The notes: generated from the sequence alone by a model not told the origin. Positions 31,473-42,176 are shown, counted from the stretch's first letter. The stretch: DNA of 64,000 nucleotides from Opitutia bacterium (GCA_050506795.1 JBJHCF010000003.1:6380-70379), one strand, 5' to 3'. Numbers and translations are program-made.

Positions 31473-32048
31473 TCAGGTTTTTTTCAGCTTATATTCGGCG
31501 GCCCGGTGGTGAACCGGGCCGCCGGTTTGCAGGTAGCTCACCCAGAGGGAAAAAGCGTCCACGCGAAAGGGGCCTCCGGTGTAATCACGGTGCCGCTTGA
31601 GGAAGTCGTTGGCGGATCCGCCGGCGGCGGGATTGATGCGGGCCAGGGTGATGTGCGGATGAAATCGCCGGGTTTCCGGCTCCAATCCGGCGGCGATGAC
31701 CGCTTCTTCCACCTTGCCCTGTAATTGGAATAATCGAGGGTGCCCGGAACCAACACCGGCCCAGAAAACGCGGGGGTTTCCGCGCGGAGGAAACCGGCCG
31801 ACGCCTGCTGGGGTAAGGAGAAACGGTTCGACCGCGATGCGTGCGAGACCTTCGGCCAGACGCCGGACGATTTCGGAATCGGCGCCGCCGATGTAACGGA
31901 GCGTCAGGTGCATCTGTTGGCGCGGCGTCCAGCGGATCCCGGATGACTCGATTTGGAGCGATGCCAGATCGTCTTTGATCGCGTCGGGGAGAGTCACGGC
32001 GACAAACCAACGCCCTCCCGGAGAAAACAACGACTCGTCGATCTCCAT
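31473..32048 (-). CDS. thpR: RNA 2',3'-cyclic phosphodiesterase (2H phosphoesterase)
   Basis: RWFVAV, two HxT motifs (MHLTLRYIG, PHITLAR), PRVFWAGV. Confidence 0.92.
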   Translation of the reverse strand: MEIDESLFSPGGRWFVAVTLPDAIKDDLASLQIESSGIRWTPRQQMHLTLRYIGGADSEIVRRLAEGLARIAVEPFLLTPAGVGRFPPRGNPRVFWAGVGSGHPRLFQLQGKVEEAVIAAGLEPETRRFHPHITLARINPAAGGSANDFLKRHRDYTGGPFRVDAFSLWVSYLQTGGPVHHRAAEYKLKKT

Positions 32049-32140
32049 ATTCCACGACTACCGAGATTCCGGACGAAAATCAATATTCCTGATTCCGGTT
32101 ATCTCCGTTCGAACGGCGGATAAAATCGGCCGAACCGCAC

Positions 32141-32178
32141 AAAAAAAGAGCGCGGCATTAAAGCCGCGCCCGTTTTTT
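32141..32178. terminator. Bidirectional intrinsic terminator-like hairpin
   Basis: A7, stem GCGCGGC/GCCGCGC with 6-nt loop, then T6; lies just downstream of the minus-strand oxidoreductase stop (32225). Confidence 0.75.
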
Positions 32179-32224
32179 GAATTAGGCGACAGGGTAGGTC
32201 GCCTCAATCCATTGACGTTTGAAA

Positions 32225-33511
32225 TCAGGCGCTGCCCGGAATCGGGGCGACTCCCTCTTCCGGGAGCTCGACGTCGTCCGCGTTTTCGAAGTCCTCGGCC
32301 GTCGGGGTGATGGTGAGATTGTACCACTCCGAGTCGGTGCGTTCGGTCAGATCGATCCAGCGTACGATGGCCCCGCTGTAGGCGGAAATGCGGCCCATGA
32401 TGGCGGCGACGGTGGCGTCGGTTACATCTTTGGTCTCGTTCAGGCCCTGATCCTCGAGGATGCTTTCGAGCAGTGCCACGTGCTCCTGCACCATGCTGTT
32501 GTCATGTCCGGCCACTTCCGGCAAAGTGACTTCGCGGCCGTCGAACCGGGCGATCCGGCTGCCGCCGATCACGGTGCCTTCGGTACCGGTGAGCATTTCG
32601 CCAACCCGCGTGTAGGTGCCGTTGATTTGGCGACACATGCTATGGATGTTGCAACCGTCACCGTAGTCGAGGTCGACGCTGAAGAAATCGTAGAGATTGC
32701 CGGTGCGCCGACGCGCGCGTCCGCCATAACCCAATGCGATACGTGGGTTGCGTCCAACGAACCAACTGGCGACGTCGATATTGTGCATGTGCTGCTCGAC
32801 GATATGGTCGCCCGAGGTTTCGAGAAAGTTCACCCAGTTGCGGGCCATGTACATGGCGTTGGATTCACCGTCCCGCCGGTCGCGGACCCAGAGCTGGTTC
32901 TGGTTCCACATCACCTTGCCGCCGACGATGTCGCCGATGGCGCCGTCCCGGATCGCCTGGGCGAGAGCCTTGTAGCGGCGGTCGTGGCGGCGTTGGGTGC
33001 CGGCCACCACGGAGAGGTTTTTGCGGCTGGCTTCCTCCCCAATGGCATACATGCGACGCGCTCCCGGCGCATCAACGGCCACCGGTTTTTCGATAAAGCA
33101 ATGGCAATCGGCGGCGATCGCCGCTTCGAAGTGAGCCGGGCGGAAATTGGGGGGGGCGCAGAGCAGAGCCACGTCCATGGGAACCTCAAAGAGTTTGTGG
33201 TAGGCATCGAATCCCACGAAACGATGTTCCTCGGGAACGCCGAATTGGTTGCCGGCCTGGTTGACCGACGATTCCTGGACGTCGGCCACCGCCACGAAAC
33301 GGATTTCGACTCCGGCTACTTCTCCCGCCTGGCGGATATCGTTCATTGCACCCCGGCCTCGCCCTCCGGTACCGACCGCTCCAACCCTAATCACGGGCCG
33401 GCCGGCATTGTTGGCCGCCAGTCCGGCCGCTGGCAGGACACTGAGCGCCGCTCCGGCGACCGTCAGGTTCTTGAGGAAATTGCGTCTGCTTTGTAGGTTC
33501 CTGTTCATCAT
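32225..33511 (-). CDS. Tat-exported Gfo/Idh/MocA family oxidoreductase
   Basis: SRRNFLK signal; GAVGTGGRG, LCAPPNFRPAH, FIEKPVAVD, GTQRRH, VEQHMHNID. Confidence 0.92.
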   Translation of the reverse strand: MMNRNLQSRRNFLKNLTVAGAALSVLPAAGLAANNAGRPVIRVGAVGTGGRGRGAMNDIRQAGEVAGVEIRFVAVADVQESSVNQAGNQFGVPEEHRFVGFDAYHKLFEVPMDVALLCAPPNFRPAHFEAAIAADCHCFIEKPVAVDAPGARRMYAIGEEASRKNLSVVAGTQRRHDRRYKALAQAIRDGAIGDIVGGKVMWNQNQLWVRDRRDGESNAMYMARNWVNFLETSGDHIVEQHMHNIDVASWFVGRNPRIALGYGGRARRRTGNLYDFFSVDLDYGDGCNIHSMCRQINGTYTRVGEMLTGTEGTVIGGSRIARFDGREVTLPEVAGHDNSMVQEHVALLESILEDQGLNETKDVTDATVAAIMGRISAYSGAIVRWIDLTERTDSEWYNLTITPTAEDFENADDVELPEEGVAPIPGSA

Positions 33512-33758
33512 ATCTATCTGATCGTGTTGGTTTTCGTATTTCAGAGGTGCCGGAGTCTGGAAAATCCTGCGCCGGTCTAGCCGGCAGGACAGATCGTCGC
33601 GACTGGAAATGAATTGAAAATATTTCGTGCGGTAATGTCAACCAACCATGGAGGTCTTCTGACGGAACTAACCGGGGCGGTGTTCTCTGCTATTAGTCGG
33701 CCGAATAATACTTTCGTGGTTGTCCTGTCGCCGTTTGTGGCATTGATTGGATGGTCCT

Positions 33759-35333
33759 ATGGAACAGCGGCCAATTGTGGAGAAAATAAACGTCCGAGAA
33801 GCCACACGCGACGATATCGAGGTGTTGGTCGAACTCAACCGATTGGCCTACCCGGACCGATCGGAGGAGAATGTGGTTTGGGGACGCAGCCATTTGCTGA
33901 GCCACCTGCGGACCTTTCCCCAGGGGCAACTGGTGGCGGAAATTGACGGGCGCGTGGTGGGGGGCGCTTCGGCGCTGATCGTCGACATGGGCCCGGAACC
34001 CCTGCGTCCTCACACCTGGGCGGGAGTGACCGACAGCGGGTATTTCACCAGTCACAACGCCAAAGGCGACACGCTTTATGCCGCAGACATCTACGTGCAT
34101 CCGGAATACCGCCGTCGCGGTGTGGCGAGGGCTTTGTACGCGGCCCGGAGGGACCTGTGCCGCCGGTTCAACCTGCGTCGCATCCTGGCGGGCGGGCGCT
34201 TGTGGGGGTATGTCGAACATGCCGAACGATTCTCTCCGGAGGAGTACGCGGAGCGGGTGTCCGAAGGCGACTTGAGCGATCCCGTTCTTGGGTTTCAACT
34301 GGCCGAGGGTTTCGAGTTGCGCGGGATCCTGCCCAATTACGTGCGCGATCCCCGGGGGAAAAATTACGCGCCCCTGCTGGAGTGGTTCAATCCCGACTAC
34401 GTGGCGCCGGAGAAGGGGCGTCGCAAAGTGCGGCTGGCCTGCGTTCAGTACCAGATGCGCAAACTGGAGTCCTTTGACGAATTCGCTCGCCAGGTGACTT
34501 ATTTCGTGGACATCGCCGCCGACTACGGCAGCGATTTTATCCTCTTGCCCGAGTTTCTGACCGTGCAGCTTCTGTCCCAGACCGGAACCCTGACGCCCGG
34601 AGAGGGGATCAAGGAACTGGCGAAACTGACGCCGCGCTACAAGGAGCTGATGAGCAGCCTCGCCACCAGTTACGGGATGACCCTGATCTCCGGGAGCCAC
34701 CCGGTGGAGGAGGGCGATCGCATGCTCAACACCTGTTTCGTCTGCCTGCCGGACGGCAAGGTGGAGTGCCAGCCGAAATTGCACATCACTCCCAACGAGC
34801 GGAAATGGTGGAAGATCAGCGGTGGCAAGAATCTCCGTGTATTCAACACGCCCAAAGCCAAGATCGCGGTTTTGATCTGTTACGACATTCAGTTTCCGGA
34901 AGCCGCGCGTTACCTGGCGGACGAAGGAGTCGAGATCATTTTTGTGCCGTTCTGTACGGACAATCGGCAGGGGTACCTGCGGGTGCGCTACTGCGCCCAG
35001 GCCCGCGCCATTGAAAACCAGGTCTACGTAGCCCTGGCCGGCACCGTGGGCAACCTGCCCGATGTCTCCAACATGGACGTGCAGTACGCCCAGTCCGCGG
35101 TGCTGACCCCCTCCGACTTCGCCTTCGCCCGCGACGCCATCGCCTCGGAGGCCGATTTCAACGAGGAGACCATTCTGGTGTGCGATGTGGATATCGACGA
35201 CCTCTATGAAGCCCGTAGCCAGGGAACCGTCACTCCGTACCTGGACCGCCGGCGCGACCTGTTTCAATACACCTGTAAACTGGAACGCTCCGATCAGATC
35301 AGGCGGTCCGCGGTTGAAGGGCCCCTGGGTTAG
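33759..35333 (+). CDS. Bifunctional GNAT acetyltransferase / carbon-nitrogen hydrolase (nitrilase superfamily)
   Basis: GNAT motif A VHPEYRRRGVA; nitrilase triad LLPEF, QPKLHIT, ICYDIQFPE. Confidence 0.9.
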   Translation: MEQRPIVEKINVREATRDDIEVLVELNRLAYPDRSEENVVWGRSHLLSHLRTFPQGQLVAEIDGRVVGGASALIVDMGPEPLRPHTWAGVTDSGYFTSHNAKGDTLYAADIYVHPEYRRRGVARALYAARRDLCRRFNLRRILAGGRLWGYVEHAERFSPEEYAERVSEGDLSDPVLGFQLAEGFELRGILPNYVRDPRGKNYAPLLEWFNPDYVAPEKGRRKVRLACVQYQMRKLESFDEFARQVTYFVDIAADYGSDFILLPEFLTVQLLSQTGTLTPGEGIKELAKLTPRYKELMSSLATSYGMTLISGSHPVEEGDRMLNTCFVCLPDGKVECQPKLHITPNERKWWKISGGKNLRVFNTPKAKIAVLICYDIQFPEAARYLADEGVEIIFVPFCTDNRQGYLRVRYCAQARAIENQVYVALAGTVGNLPDVSNMDVQYAQSAVLTPSDFAFARDAIASEADFNEETILVCDVDIDDLYEARSQGTVTPYLDRRRDLFQYTCKLERSDQIRRSAVEGPLG

Positions 35334-35406
35334 ATCGGGAATTGCGGCTTTTCTTGGGAAAAATACTTGCCAAGCGGGCGACGTGGTCTTTTCTTGAGTA
35401 AATAAG

Positions 35407-36012
35407 GTGAAAAAGTCAAGTAATATTCATCCTATTTTCGATCAGGTTCTTACACGTGAAGACAAGGAACAGCGTACGGGGCAGCGCGCCCGTGTGATCT
35501 GGTTTTACGGCTTGTCCGGATCGGGAAAAAGCACGTTGGCGAACGCGCTCGAACGCCGCCTTTACGGGGAAGGGTTTTTCACCACCTTGCTCGATGGCGA
35601 TAACGTGCGCGGAGGCCTGAACGCCAATTTGGGATTCTCCGATGAGGACCGCGACGAGAACATCCGGCGTATCGCCGAGGTGTCGAAGCTCTTCGTGCAG
35701 GCCGGTCTGATCGCCATCAATTCCTTCATCACTCCCTTGCGCCGCCAACGGGAATCCGCCCGTGCCATTTTGGGCGAGGACCTGATCGAGGTGTACGTTC
35801 GCTGTTCCTTCGAAAAATGCGCCGAGCGGGATGTGAAGGGACTTTATGCCAAAGCGCGTGCCGGAGAAGTCGCGGCGTTTACGGGTAAGGACTCCTCGTT
35901 CGAAGAGCCGGAGTCACCGGATCTGGTGATCGAAACAGAGAAGAATAAGATTGAGGAGAGCCTCGCCGAGGTGTACCGCTTTGTGCTTCCCCGGATCAAG
36001 GCGAACGCCTGA
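35407..36012 (+). CDS. cysC: Adenylyl-sulfate kinase
   Basis: WFYGLSGSGKST, LDGDNVR, ENIRRIAEV, RDVKGLY, FTGKDSSFEEP. Confidence 0.95.
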   Translation: MKKSSNIHPIFDQVLTREDKEQRTGQRARVIWFYGLSGSGKSTLANALERRLYGEGFFTTLLDGDNVRGGLNANLGFSDEDRDENIRRIAEVSKLFVQAGLIAINSFITPLRRQRESARAILGEDLIEVYVRCSFEKCAERDVKGLYAKARAGEVAAFTGKDSSFEEPESPDLVIETEKNKIEESLAEVYRFVLPRIKANA

Positions 36013-36047
36013 TTCGGGCCTCACTGGAATACTTTCGTGGATTGATT

Positions 36048-36953
36048 ATGACGTCTTACAACCTAACTCATTTGCAGCAACTCGAAGCTGAAGCGATCTT
36101 CATCATGCGTGAAGTCGCGGCCCAGTTTGAGCGCCCGGTGCTGATGTTTTCCGGAGGCAAGGATTCCATTGTGATGGTCCGGTTGGCTCAGAAAGCGTTT
36201 CACCCGGCCCGCTTTCCGTTTCCTTTGCTGCACATCGATACCGGCCACAATTTCCCGGAAACCCTCGAGTTTCGCGACAATTTGGTGAAGGAACTCGGCG
36301 AGCGCCTCATCGTGCGCACGGTGCAGGACTCCATCGACCAGGGAAGGGCGTCCGAGGAAAAAGGGCCCAATGCCAGCCGAAACGCGTTGCAGACCGTGAC
36401 ACTGCTCGATGCGATCGAGGAGTTTTCCTTCGACGCCGCCATCGGGGGCGCCCGGCGGGACGAGGAAAAGGCGCGGGCGAAGGAGCGTTTCTTCTCCCAT
36501 CGCGACGAGTTCGGGCAATGGGATCCCAAGAATCAGCGCCCCGAACTCTGGTACCTCTTCAACGGCAAAAAGAGCGTCGGCGAGCACTTCCGGATTTTCC
36601 CTCTTAGCAACTGGACGGAAATGGATGTCTGGCAGTACATCGCCCGGGAAAAGCTGGCGTTGCCCACCATCTATTTTTCCCACGATCGAGAGATCGTCGC
36701 CCGCAACGGGATGATACTGGCCAATTCGCCTCACATCACGGTCGGGGACAAGGAAAAGGTGGAAACCCGGCGCGTGCGTTTTCGCACGGTGGGCGACATG
36801 ACCTGTACCGGGGCGGTGGAGTCGGTGGCGGATTCCATCGACGATATCATCGCCGAGGTCGCCGCCGCCCGCGTCACGGAACGCGGCGGGCGGGCTGACG
36901 ACAAACGTTCGGAAACCGCGATGGAGGACCGGAAAAAACAAGGATATTTCTAA
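36048..36953 (+). CDS. cysD: Sulfate adenylyltransferase subunit 2
   Basis: LEAEAIFIMREV, FSGGKDS, GGARRDEEKARAKER, RFRTVGD, MEDRKKQGYF. Confidence 0.97.
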   Translation: MTSYNLTHLQQLEAEAIFIMREVAAQFERPVLMFSGGKDSIVMVRLAQKAFHPARFPFPLLHIDTGHNFPETLEFRDNLVKELGERLIVRTVQDSIDQGRASEEKGPNASRNALQTVTLLDAIEEFSFDAAIGGARRDEEKARAKERFFSHRDEFGQWDPKNQRPELWYLFNGKKSVGEHFRIFPLSNWTEMDVWQYIAREKLALPTIYFSHDREIVARNGMILANSPHITVGDKEKVETRRVRFRTVGDMTCTGAVESVADSIDDIIAEVAAARVTERGGRADDKRSETAMEDRKKQGYF

Positions 36954-38230
36954 TGAGCGACCAAGCGCAAAAACTCGAAGAAATGGATCTGCTCCGCTTT
37001 ACCACGGCGGGCAGTGTGGACGACGGAAAAAGCACCCTGATCGGGCGCTTGATGTACGACACCAAGACGATCTTTGAGGATCAACTGGAGGCGATCGAAA
37101 CGACCAGCCGCCAACGCGGCGACGAAAACGTCAATCTCGCTCTGCTGACCGACGGTTTAAAAGCCGAACGCGAGCAGGGAATCACCATTGATGTGGCTTA
37201 CCGTTATTTCGCCACGCCGAAACGGAAGTTCATCATCGCCGACACCCCCGGCCACATCCAGTACACCCGCAACATGGTGACCGGGGCGTCCACCGCCAAC
37301 CTGGCCGTCATTTTGATCGACGCCCGCAAAGGGGTGGTGGAACAGACCTGCCGCCACGCCTTCATTGCGTCCCTTCTCAATATTCAGCACGTGGCGCTCT
37401 GCGTGAACAAAATGGATCTCGTCGATTATGACGAATCCGTTTACGACGCTATCGTCAAACGTTTCCGCGAGTTCGCGTCGCGACTCAACATCAACGACAT
37501 CGCCTTTTTCCCCATCAGCGCCCTGAAAGGCGACAACGTGGTGGAAAAATCGGAAAACATGGCCTGGTACAAGGGACCTTCGCTGCTGTACCATCTGGAG
37601 AGCGTATACGTCGGCAACGATCACAACCATGTGGACGCCCGGTTCCCGGTCCAATGGGTGGTGCGCCCCCAGTCCGACAAGTATCACGATTTCCGCGGCT
37701 TCGCCGGCAAGGTGGCCGGCGGGGTGTTTAAACCGGGCGATGAAGTGACGGTCCTGCCGTCCGGATTCTCCAGCCGTATCAAGTCTATACATACATTCGA
37801 CGGCGAAATCCATGAAGCCTTCGCGCCGATGTCGGTCGCCATCACCCTGGATGACGAAATCGACATCAGCCGGGGTGACATGATCGTCAAGCCGAACAAC
37901 CGTCCCGAGGCGCAGCAGGACCTGGAAATGATGATTTGCTGGTTCAACGAGAAAAAGCTCAAATCCGGCGGAAAGTACGAGATTCGGCACACCACCCAGG
38001 ATGCCAAGGCATTGATCAAAGAGGTTCGCTACAAGGTAAATATCAACACTCTCCACAAGATCGAGGACGACCTGGAGGTGGGTCTCAACGATATCGCGCG
38101 GGTGAGCGTGCGCACGTCGCGGCCGCTTTTTACCGACAGCTACCGGAAAAACCGCCTCACCGGCAGTGTCATCCTGATCGATCCGTTCACCCATGAAACG
38201 GTGGCGGCGGGTATGATCGTGCACCGTTGA
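36953..38230 (+). CDS. cysN: Sulfate adenylyltransferase subunit 1 (GTPase)
   Basis: AGSVDDGKST, EREQGITIDVAYRYF, DTPGH, NKMD; TAATG overlap with cysD. Confidence 0.97.
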   Translation: MSDQAQKLEEMDLLRFTTAGSVDDGKSTLIGRLMYDTKTIFEDQLEAIETTSRQRGDENVNLALLTDGLKAEREQGITIDVAYRYFATPKRKFIIADTPGHIQYTRNMVTGASTANLAVILIDARKGVVEQTCRHAFIASLLNIQHVALCVNKMDLVDYDESVYDAIVKRFREFASRLNINDIAFFPISALKGDNVVEKSENMAWYKGPSLLYHLESVYVGNDHNHVDARFPVQWVVRPQSDKYHDFRGFAGKVAGGVFKPGDEVTVLPSGFSSRIKSIHTFDGEIHEAFAPMSVAITLDDEIDISRGDMIVKPNNRPEAQQDLEMMICWFNEKKLKSGGKYEIRHTTQDAKALIKEVRYKVNINTLHKIEDDLEVGLNDIARVSVRTSRPLFTDSYRKNRLTGSVILIDPFTHETVAAGMIVHR

Positions 38231-38240
38231 CGGAGAGCGA

Positions 38241-39119
38241 ATGAGCTGGATTTCGGTCTGGGGGCTGGCCGCTCGGCCGCGAACGTTGCCGGCCGCCGCC
38301 GCTCCTGTACTCGTCGGGACCGCGCTGGCGGTCGCGGACGGGTTGTGGCAGCCAGGGGCGTTTTTGTTCTGCCTGGTATTTGCTTTGCTGGTACAGATTG
38401 GAACCAATTACGCCAATGATTATTACGACTTCATCAAGGGAGCGGATTTTGCCGGACGTCTCGGACCCGCCCGGGCCACCGCGGAGGGGTTCGTTCGACC
38501 GAACGTCATGCGTCGCGCCGCTTTCACTGCGTTCGGGCTCGCTTTCCTGGCGGGCCTGCCCCTGATCGCCTTCGGAGGCTGGTGGTTGCTTCCTGTTGGG
38601 GTGATCTGCATTTTATGCGGCCTCGCCTACACCGCGGGTCCCTGGCCGCTGGCTTACACCGGGTTGGGAGATGTGTTTGTATTCCTGTTTTTTGGCGTGG
38701 TGGCGGTGACTGTCACCTATTACGTTCATACCGGAGTTGTCACCGGAGCGGCCTTCACGGTTTCCATTCCGGTCGGCGCGTTGATCACCAATGTATTAGT
38801 GGTGAACAATCTGCGCGATCGCCGCACCGACGGTCTGGCGGGGAAAAAAACGCTGGCCGTCCGTTTCGGCGAGAGTTTCTCTCTGGCGGAGTACATCGGA
38901 TTGCTGGTGCTGGCTTTCGGAGCGGTGGCGGTGTTGGGGGTGACCCGTCCGGGGTGGGTGGTTTTGCTTCCGCTGACCTTGATTCCGTGGGCGATCCTTT
39001 TGCTCAGACGCTTCCTGAGCGCTGATTCCGGTCCGGAATACAATTCCGTGCTTTCCGAAACCGCGATATTCGCGCTGGCGTTCAGCCTATCGCTTTCGCT
39101 GGCTTTGCTCTTGTCCTGA
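38241..39119 (+). CDS. menA: 1,4-dihydroxy-2-naphthoate polyprenyltransferase (UbiA family)
   Basis: RPRTL, QIGTNYANDYYDF, YTGLGD, VVNNLRDRRTD..AGKKTLAVRFG; multiple TM helices. Confidence 0.9.
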   Translation: MSWISVWGLAARPRTLPAAAAPVLVGTALAVADGLWQPGAFLFCLVFALLVQIGTNYANDYYDFIKGADFAGRLGPARATAEGFVRPNVMRRAAFTAFGLAFLAGLPLIAFGGWWLLPVGVICILCGLAYTAGPWPLAYTGLGDVFVFLFFGVVAVTVTYYVHTGVVTGAAFTVSIPVGALITNVLVVNNLRDRRTDGLAGKKTLAVRFGESFSLAEYIGLLVLAFGAVAVLGVTRPGWVVLLPLTLIPWAILLLRRFLSADSGPEYNSVLSETAIFALAFSLSLSLALLLS

Positions 39120-39278
39120 GGATTCGGCCGCACGTCTAATAGGAATGGCACGGTTAAGCAGGTTCATCGTTTGAGAAACGGAATCGAAATCGGAATCGCT
39201 CCTCTGTTTCCAGGGGAACGGCCGATGCAATTCAGCTATGCTCCTTCGATCCACCGCCCTAACCGGGTGCCATTCCCT

Positions 39279-41900
39279 CTAATCGGGATCCGCGAAGAAT
39301 GGGTGTTCCGGATCTCCGGCGCTGAGCATGAAGGCGAACAGAGCCCGCACCTGCTCTTCGTCCAGGCGATTGGTGAGGGCCGGGGGCATGGGAGACAGCG
39401 GTGAACGATACTGTTCGACTATCCGGTCCCGCCGGATTTGGGTGAGGTCGCCCGGCGCAAACGGGTCGGTGATAATCATCAGGGAATCCTGGCTGAGGTT
39501 GGCCACGCGGCCGATAATCTGCGAGCCGTCCTCGAGGACAAAGACGGTGTCGGCGTATTGGTCGGAGACGTTGGTGTTGGGATAGACGATTTTTTCGGCG
39601 ATGTCGCGAACGGAAAAACGTTGTGCCACCCGGGTAAGGTCCGGTCCGGAGATTCCCCCCTGGCCGGCGATCCGGTGACAGGCGAAACATGCGCCGAGGC
39701 TGAAAGCCTGTCGAGCCTGGTCGAAAGAAACGCCTTCCAGCTTTTCCCGCGGAGTTACCGCTTCCGTTAACTGGTCAACCGACCAGTGACGCTGATAAGG
39801 CGCGGCGGCAAGGTCACCCGGGACAGCCTGCGACTCGATTTCCACTTCCAGGAGGGCAGCCAACGCGGACCGTTCCGTCTCGCTCAAGGTCGCTTCGGCG
39901 TTGTTTCGAATGTCGCGGAGAAACCCGAGAAAACTCGCGCCGCCCCGGGTGCGCCCGGCGGAGGTAAACCAGGAGAAATAACGTGCCCGCTGCTCCGGAC
40001 TCCAGCCGGTCTCCGCGGCGCTGAGAACTTTGGCGTAGTGTATCTGATCCTCCACCGTTTCGGAGTTCTCCATCAGGTTCAGCGTCCGCTCGACGGCCCG
40101 CGGCATTTTCAGGTAGACGGCCAGGCGGCTGAGTTCGCGGTTCTCCTCGCGCGATGCCGCCGGAAAAAGCGGGTCGAGTTGTGCCAACGCGCCGGCGCGG
40201 AGGTCCCCTTCGGGCTCGCCCATGCGAGTGAATATCAACTGGTAGGCGCGCAGGAAAGCGAGTCGTTCCATCCGGGACAACTCGGTGAAATCAAGGCGTT
40301 GCAACTTTTCGACCAGGGGTGCTTGCAGTTCGGGGCTCCCCTGGCGTGCCAGGGCGATCACCGCTTCGATCGAAGTCCTCGGATCGGACGCTTCCAGCGC
40401 GCGATCCCGCCACCGGTCGACCGGCTGGTGCTCGATGGCCACCCTGGCGGCATAGCGTATCAAACGGTCCTCGTGATTCAGATGCGGCCAGGCGGCGTCG
40501 ACGGCGCGGTCGTCTTCCATCCCGTGAAAGGTTTCCAGTTCCCGGCGCAAGAGGTGCAGGCGCTCCACTTCCGGATCGGTGAAACCGGCGGCTTCCATCG
40601 GTTGAACAGGTTCGTTCCCGACGTAGGTGATCCGGTAGAGTTCGGACTGTGAGCTTCGTCCTCCCGTGGTAAAATACATGGCGCCGTCGTGCGGGTTGGC
40701 GCGCAACGCCGTGATGGCCAGGGGCGATCCCGACAGGAACGGTTCCGGCTCCTCGGCCCGGTAGCTGGAGCCTTCGGGGTGGATACGCGCGATGTCGAGT
40801 TTACCGAAGGACCAGTCGGCCAGAAACAATGCCTCACGGTAACGGGCGGGGAACGCGGCGTCGTAACCGAAGGTCACCGCGGTGGGCGAACCGACCCCCA
40901 TATCCAGGAAAGCCGGTGTGGAATCCGGGTAATAGTCCGGCCACTTGCCCGAGCCGCTGCGCCAACCCAGTTCGCTGCCGCTGGTGGCGTGGTTCACGCG
41001 GGTCGGGCGGTACCAGGGCGTGCCGATATCCCATTCCATGTCGGAATCGTAGGCGAAAAGATCGCCGTGTTGATTGAACGCGATATCGTATGCGTTTCGA
41101 TAACCGGTGGAATGGATATGAACGTCGGATCCGTCCGGCTTCAGGCTGGCGATGTAACCGCCCGGCGCCAGAACTCCGACCGCATGACCCCGGGCGTCCC
41201 AGAGGCGGGGGAGAAGCAGATCCTCATCCCACTGCGGAGGCACGCGGGTCCGAACGTAGGGCGGCATCCCGGTGAAGTTGCCCGCGACGATGAAAAGACG
41301 TTCGCCGTCGGGAGACAACCGGATGGAATGCGGGCCATGTTCCCCTTCGCCGCGGAGGGGCAGCAGGTGTTGTGCGGTGTCGAATTGATCGTCGCCAGTG
41401 GAGTCGGTCAGACGGTAAAGCCCCGGTCCCGACCCGAAACCGTCCGCAGCCACCATAACATAGAGGGAATCGAAAGCGTATTTGAGCCCCTGTGCGCCGC
41501 CGATAGGTCGACCTGCCGGGTCTCCCTCTTCGTCCCGGACCAGTACCTCAAGGGCCTCCACCAAAACCGGACCGGTTTCACCGATCGGGGGTGGTGTGAC
41601 GCGGTACAGGGGGCCGTATTGGTCGGAGGTGATCAACCGTCCCCGGGGGTCCACCGCCAGGGAAACCCAGGACCCTTGTTCCTCCCGGGGAACGGAGTAG
41701 AGGCGTTCGACCCGGAATCCATCCGCGATACGAAACCCCTCGGGAGCATTGGCTTCGACCCTTGCCTCGCTGATGGATGAAGGTGCGTCGGTGCTATCGC
41801 CGGGTACGGTTTCCGCCGGAGAGCATCCTTGAAGGAGAAGCAATACTCCCATGGCCGGGGTTGATGAGATGCGAAGTGTCATTCGGATGAGCTGTTTCAT
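39279..41900 (-). CDS. PVC-type membrane-bound dehydrogenase-like lipoprotein (beta-propeller + HEAT-like repeats + C-terminal c-type heme domain)
   Basis: Lipobox LLLLQGC; GYRNAYDIAF...DSDMEWD..G.PWYRPTR; CFACH heme motif followed by GPDLT. The ORF track opens at 42170; ATG 41900 preferred. Confidence 0.85.
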   Translation of the reverse strand: MKQLIRMTLRISSTPAMGVLLLLQGCSPAETVPGDSTDAPSSISEARVEANAPEGFRIADGFRVERLYSVPREEQGSWVSLAVDPRGRLITSDQYGPLYRVTPPPIGETGPVLVEALEVLVRDEEGDPAGRPIGGAQGLKYAFDSLYVMVAADGFGSGPGLYRLTDSTGDDQFDTAQHLLPLRGEGEHGPHSIRLSPDGERLFIVAGNFTGMPPYVRTRVPPQWDEDLLLPRLWDARGHAVGVLAPGGYIASLKPDGSDVHIHSTGYRNAYDIAFNQHGDLFAYDSDMEWDIGTPWYRPTRVNHATSGSELGWRSGSGKWPDYYPDSTPAFLDMGVGSPTAVTFGYDAAFPARYREALFLADWSFGKLDIARIHPEGSSYRAEEPEPFLSGSPLAITALRANPHDGAMYFTTGGRSSQSELYRITYVGNEPVQPMEAAGFTDPEVERLHLLRRELETFHGMEDDRAVDAAWPHLNHEDRLIRYAARVAIEHQPVDRWRDRALEASDPRTSIEAVIALARQGSPELQAPLVEKLQRLDFTELSRMERLAFLRAYQLIFTRMGEPEGDLRAGALAQLDPLFPAASREENRELSRLAVYLKMPRAVERTLNLMENSETVEDQIHYAKVLSAAETGWSPEQRARYFSWFTSAGRTRGGASFLGFLRDIRNNAEATLSETERSALAALLEVEIESQAVPGDLAAAPYQRHWSVDQLTEAVTPREKLEGVSFDQARQAFSLGACFACHRIAGQGGISGPDLTRVAQRFSVRDIAEKIVYPNTNVSDQYADTVFVLEDGSQIIGRVANLSQDSLMIITDPFAPGDLTQIRRDRIVEQYRSPLSPMPPALTNRLDEEQVRALFAFMLSAGDPEHPFFADPD

Positions 41901-42176
41901 ATCTTGCTGGTGCAGTATGAGGTTAAGCGACTCGGTTGCGAGGCGAGCGCCCGGAATTTCATCGATCAAGACTCCGGGAGTTGATGGCGGTTTTGAGGAG
42001 CAACCTGTTCGCCGTGGCGAGATATGGCAAGAAGGGAATCCCGCCGGATTGTTTTCAAACCCGTTAGCGAGAAAAAGGTTTGGCAAAGACTTCCGAAAGG
42101 GACAGTTTGTTTTTTCATCACTCCTCCCCGACTGACCCTTGCCCGGGTCATGGGAAAACCCTGAAGACAAAAAGCG

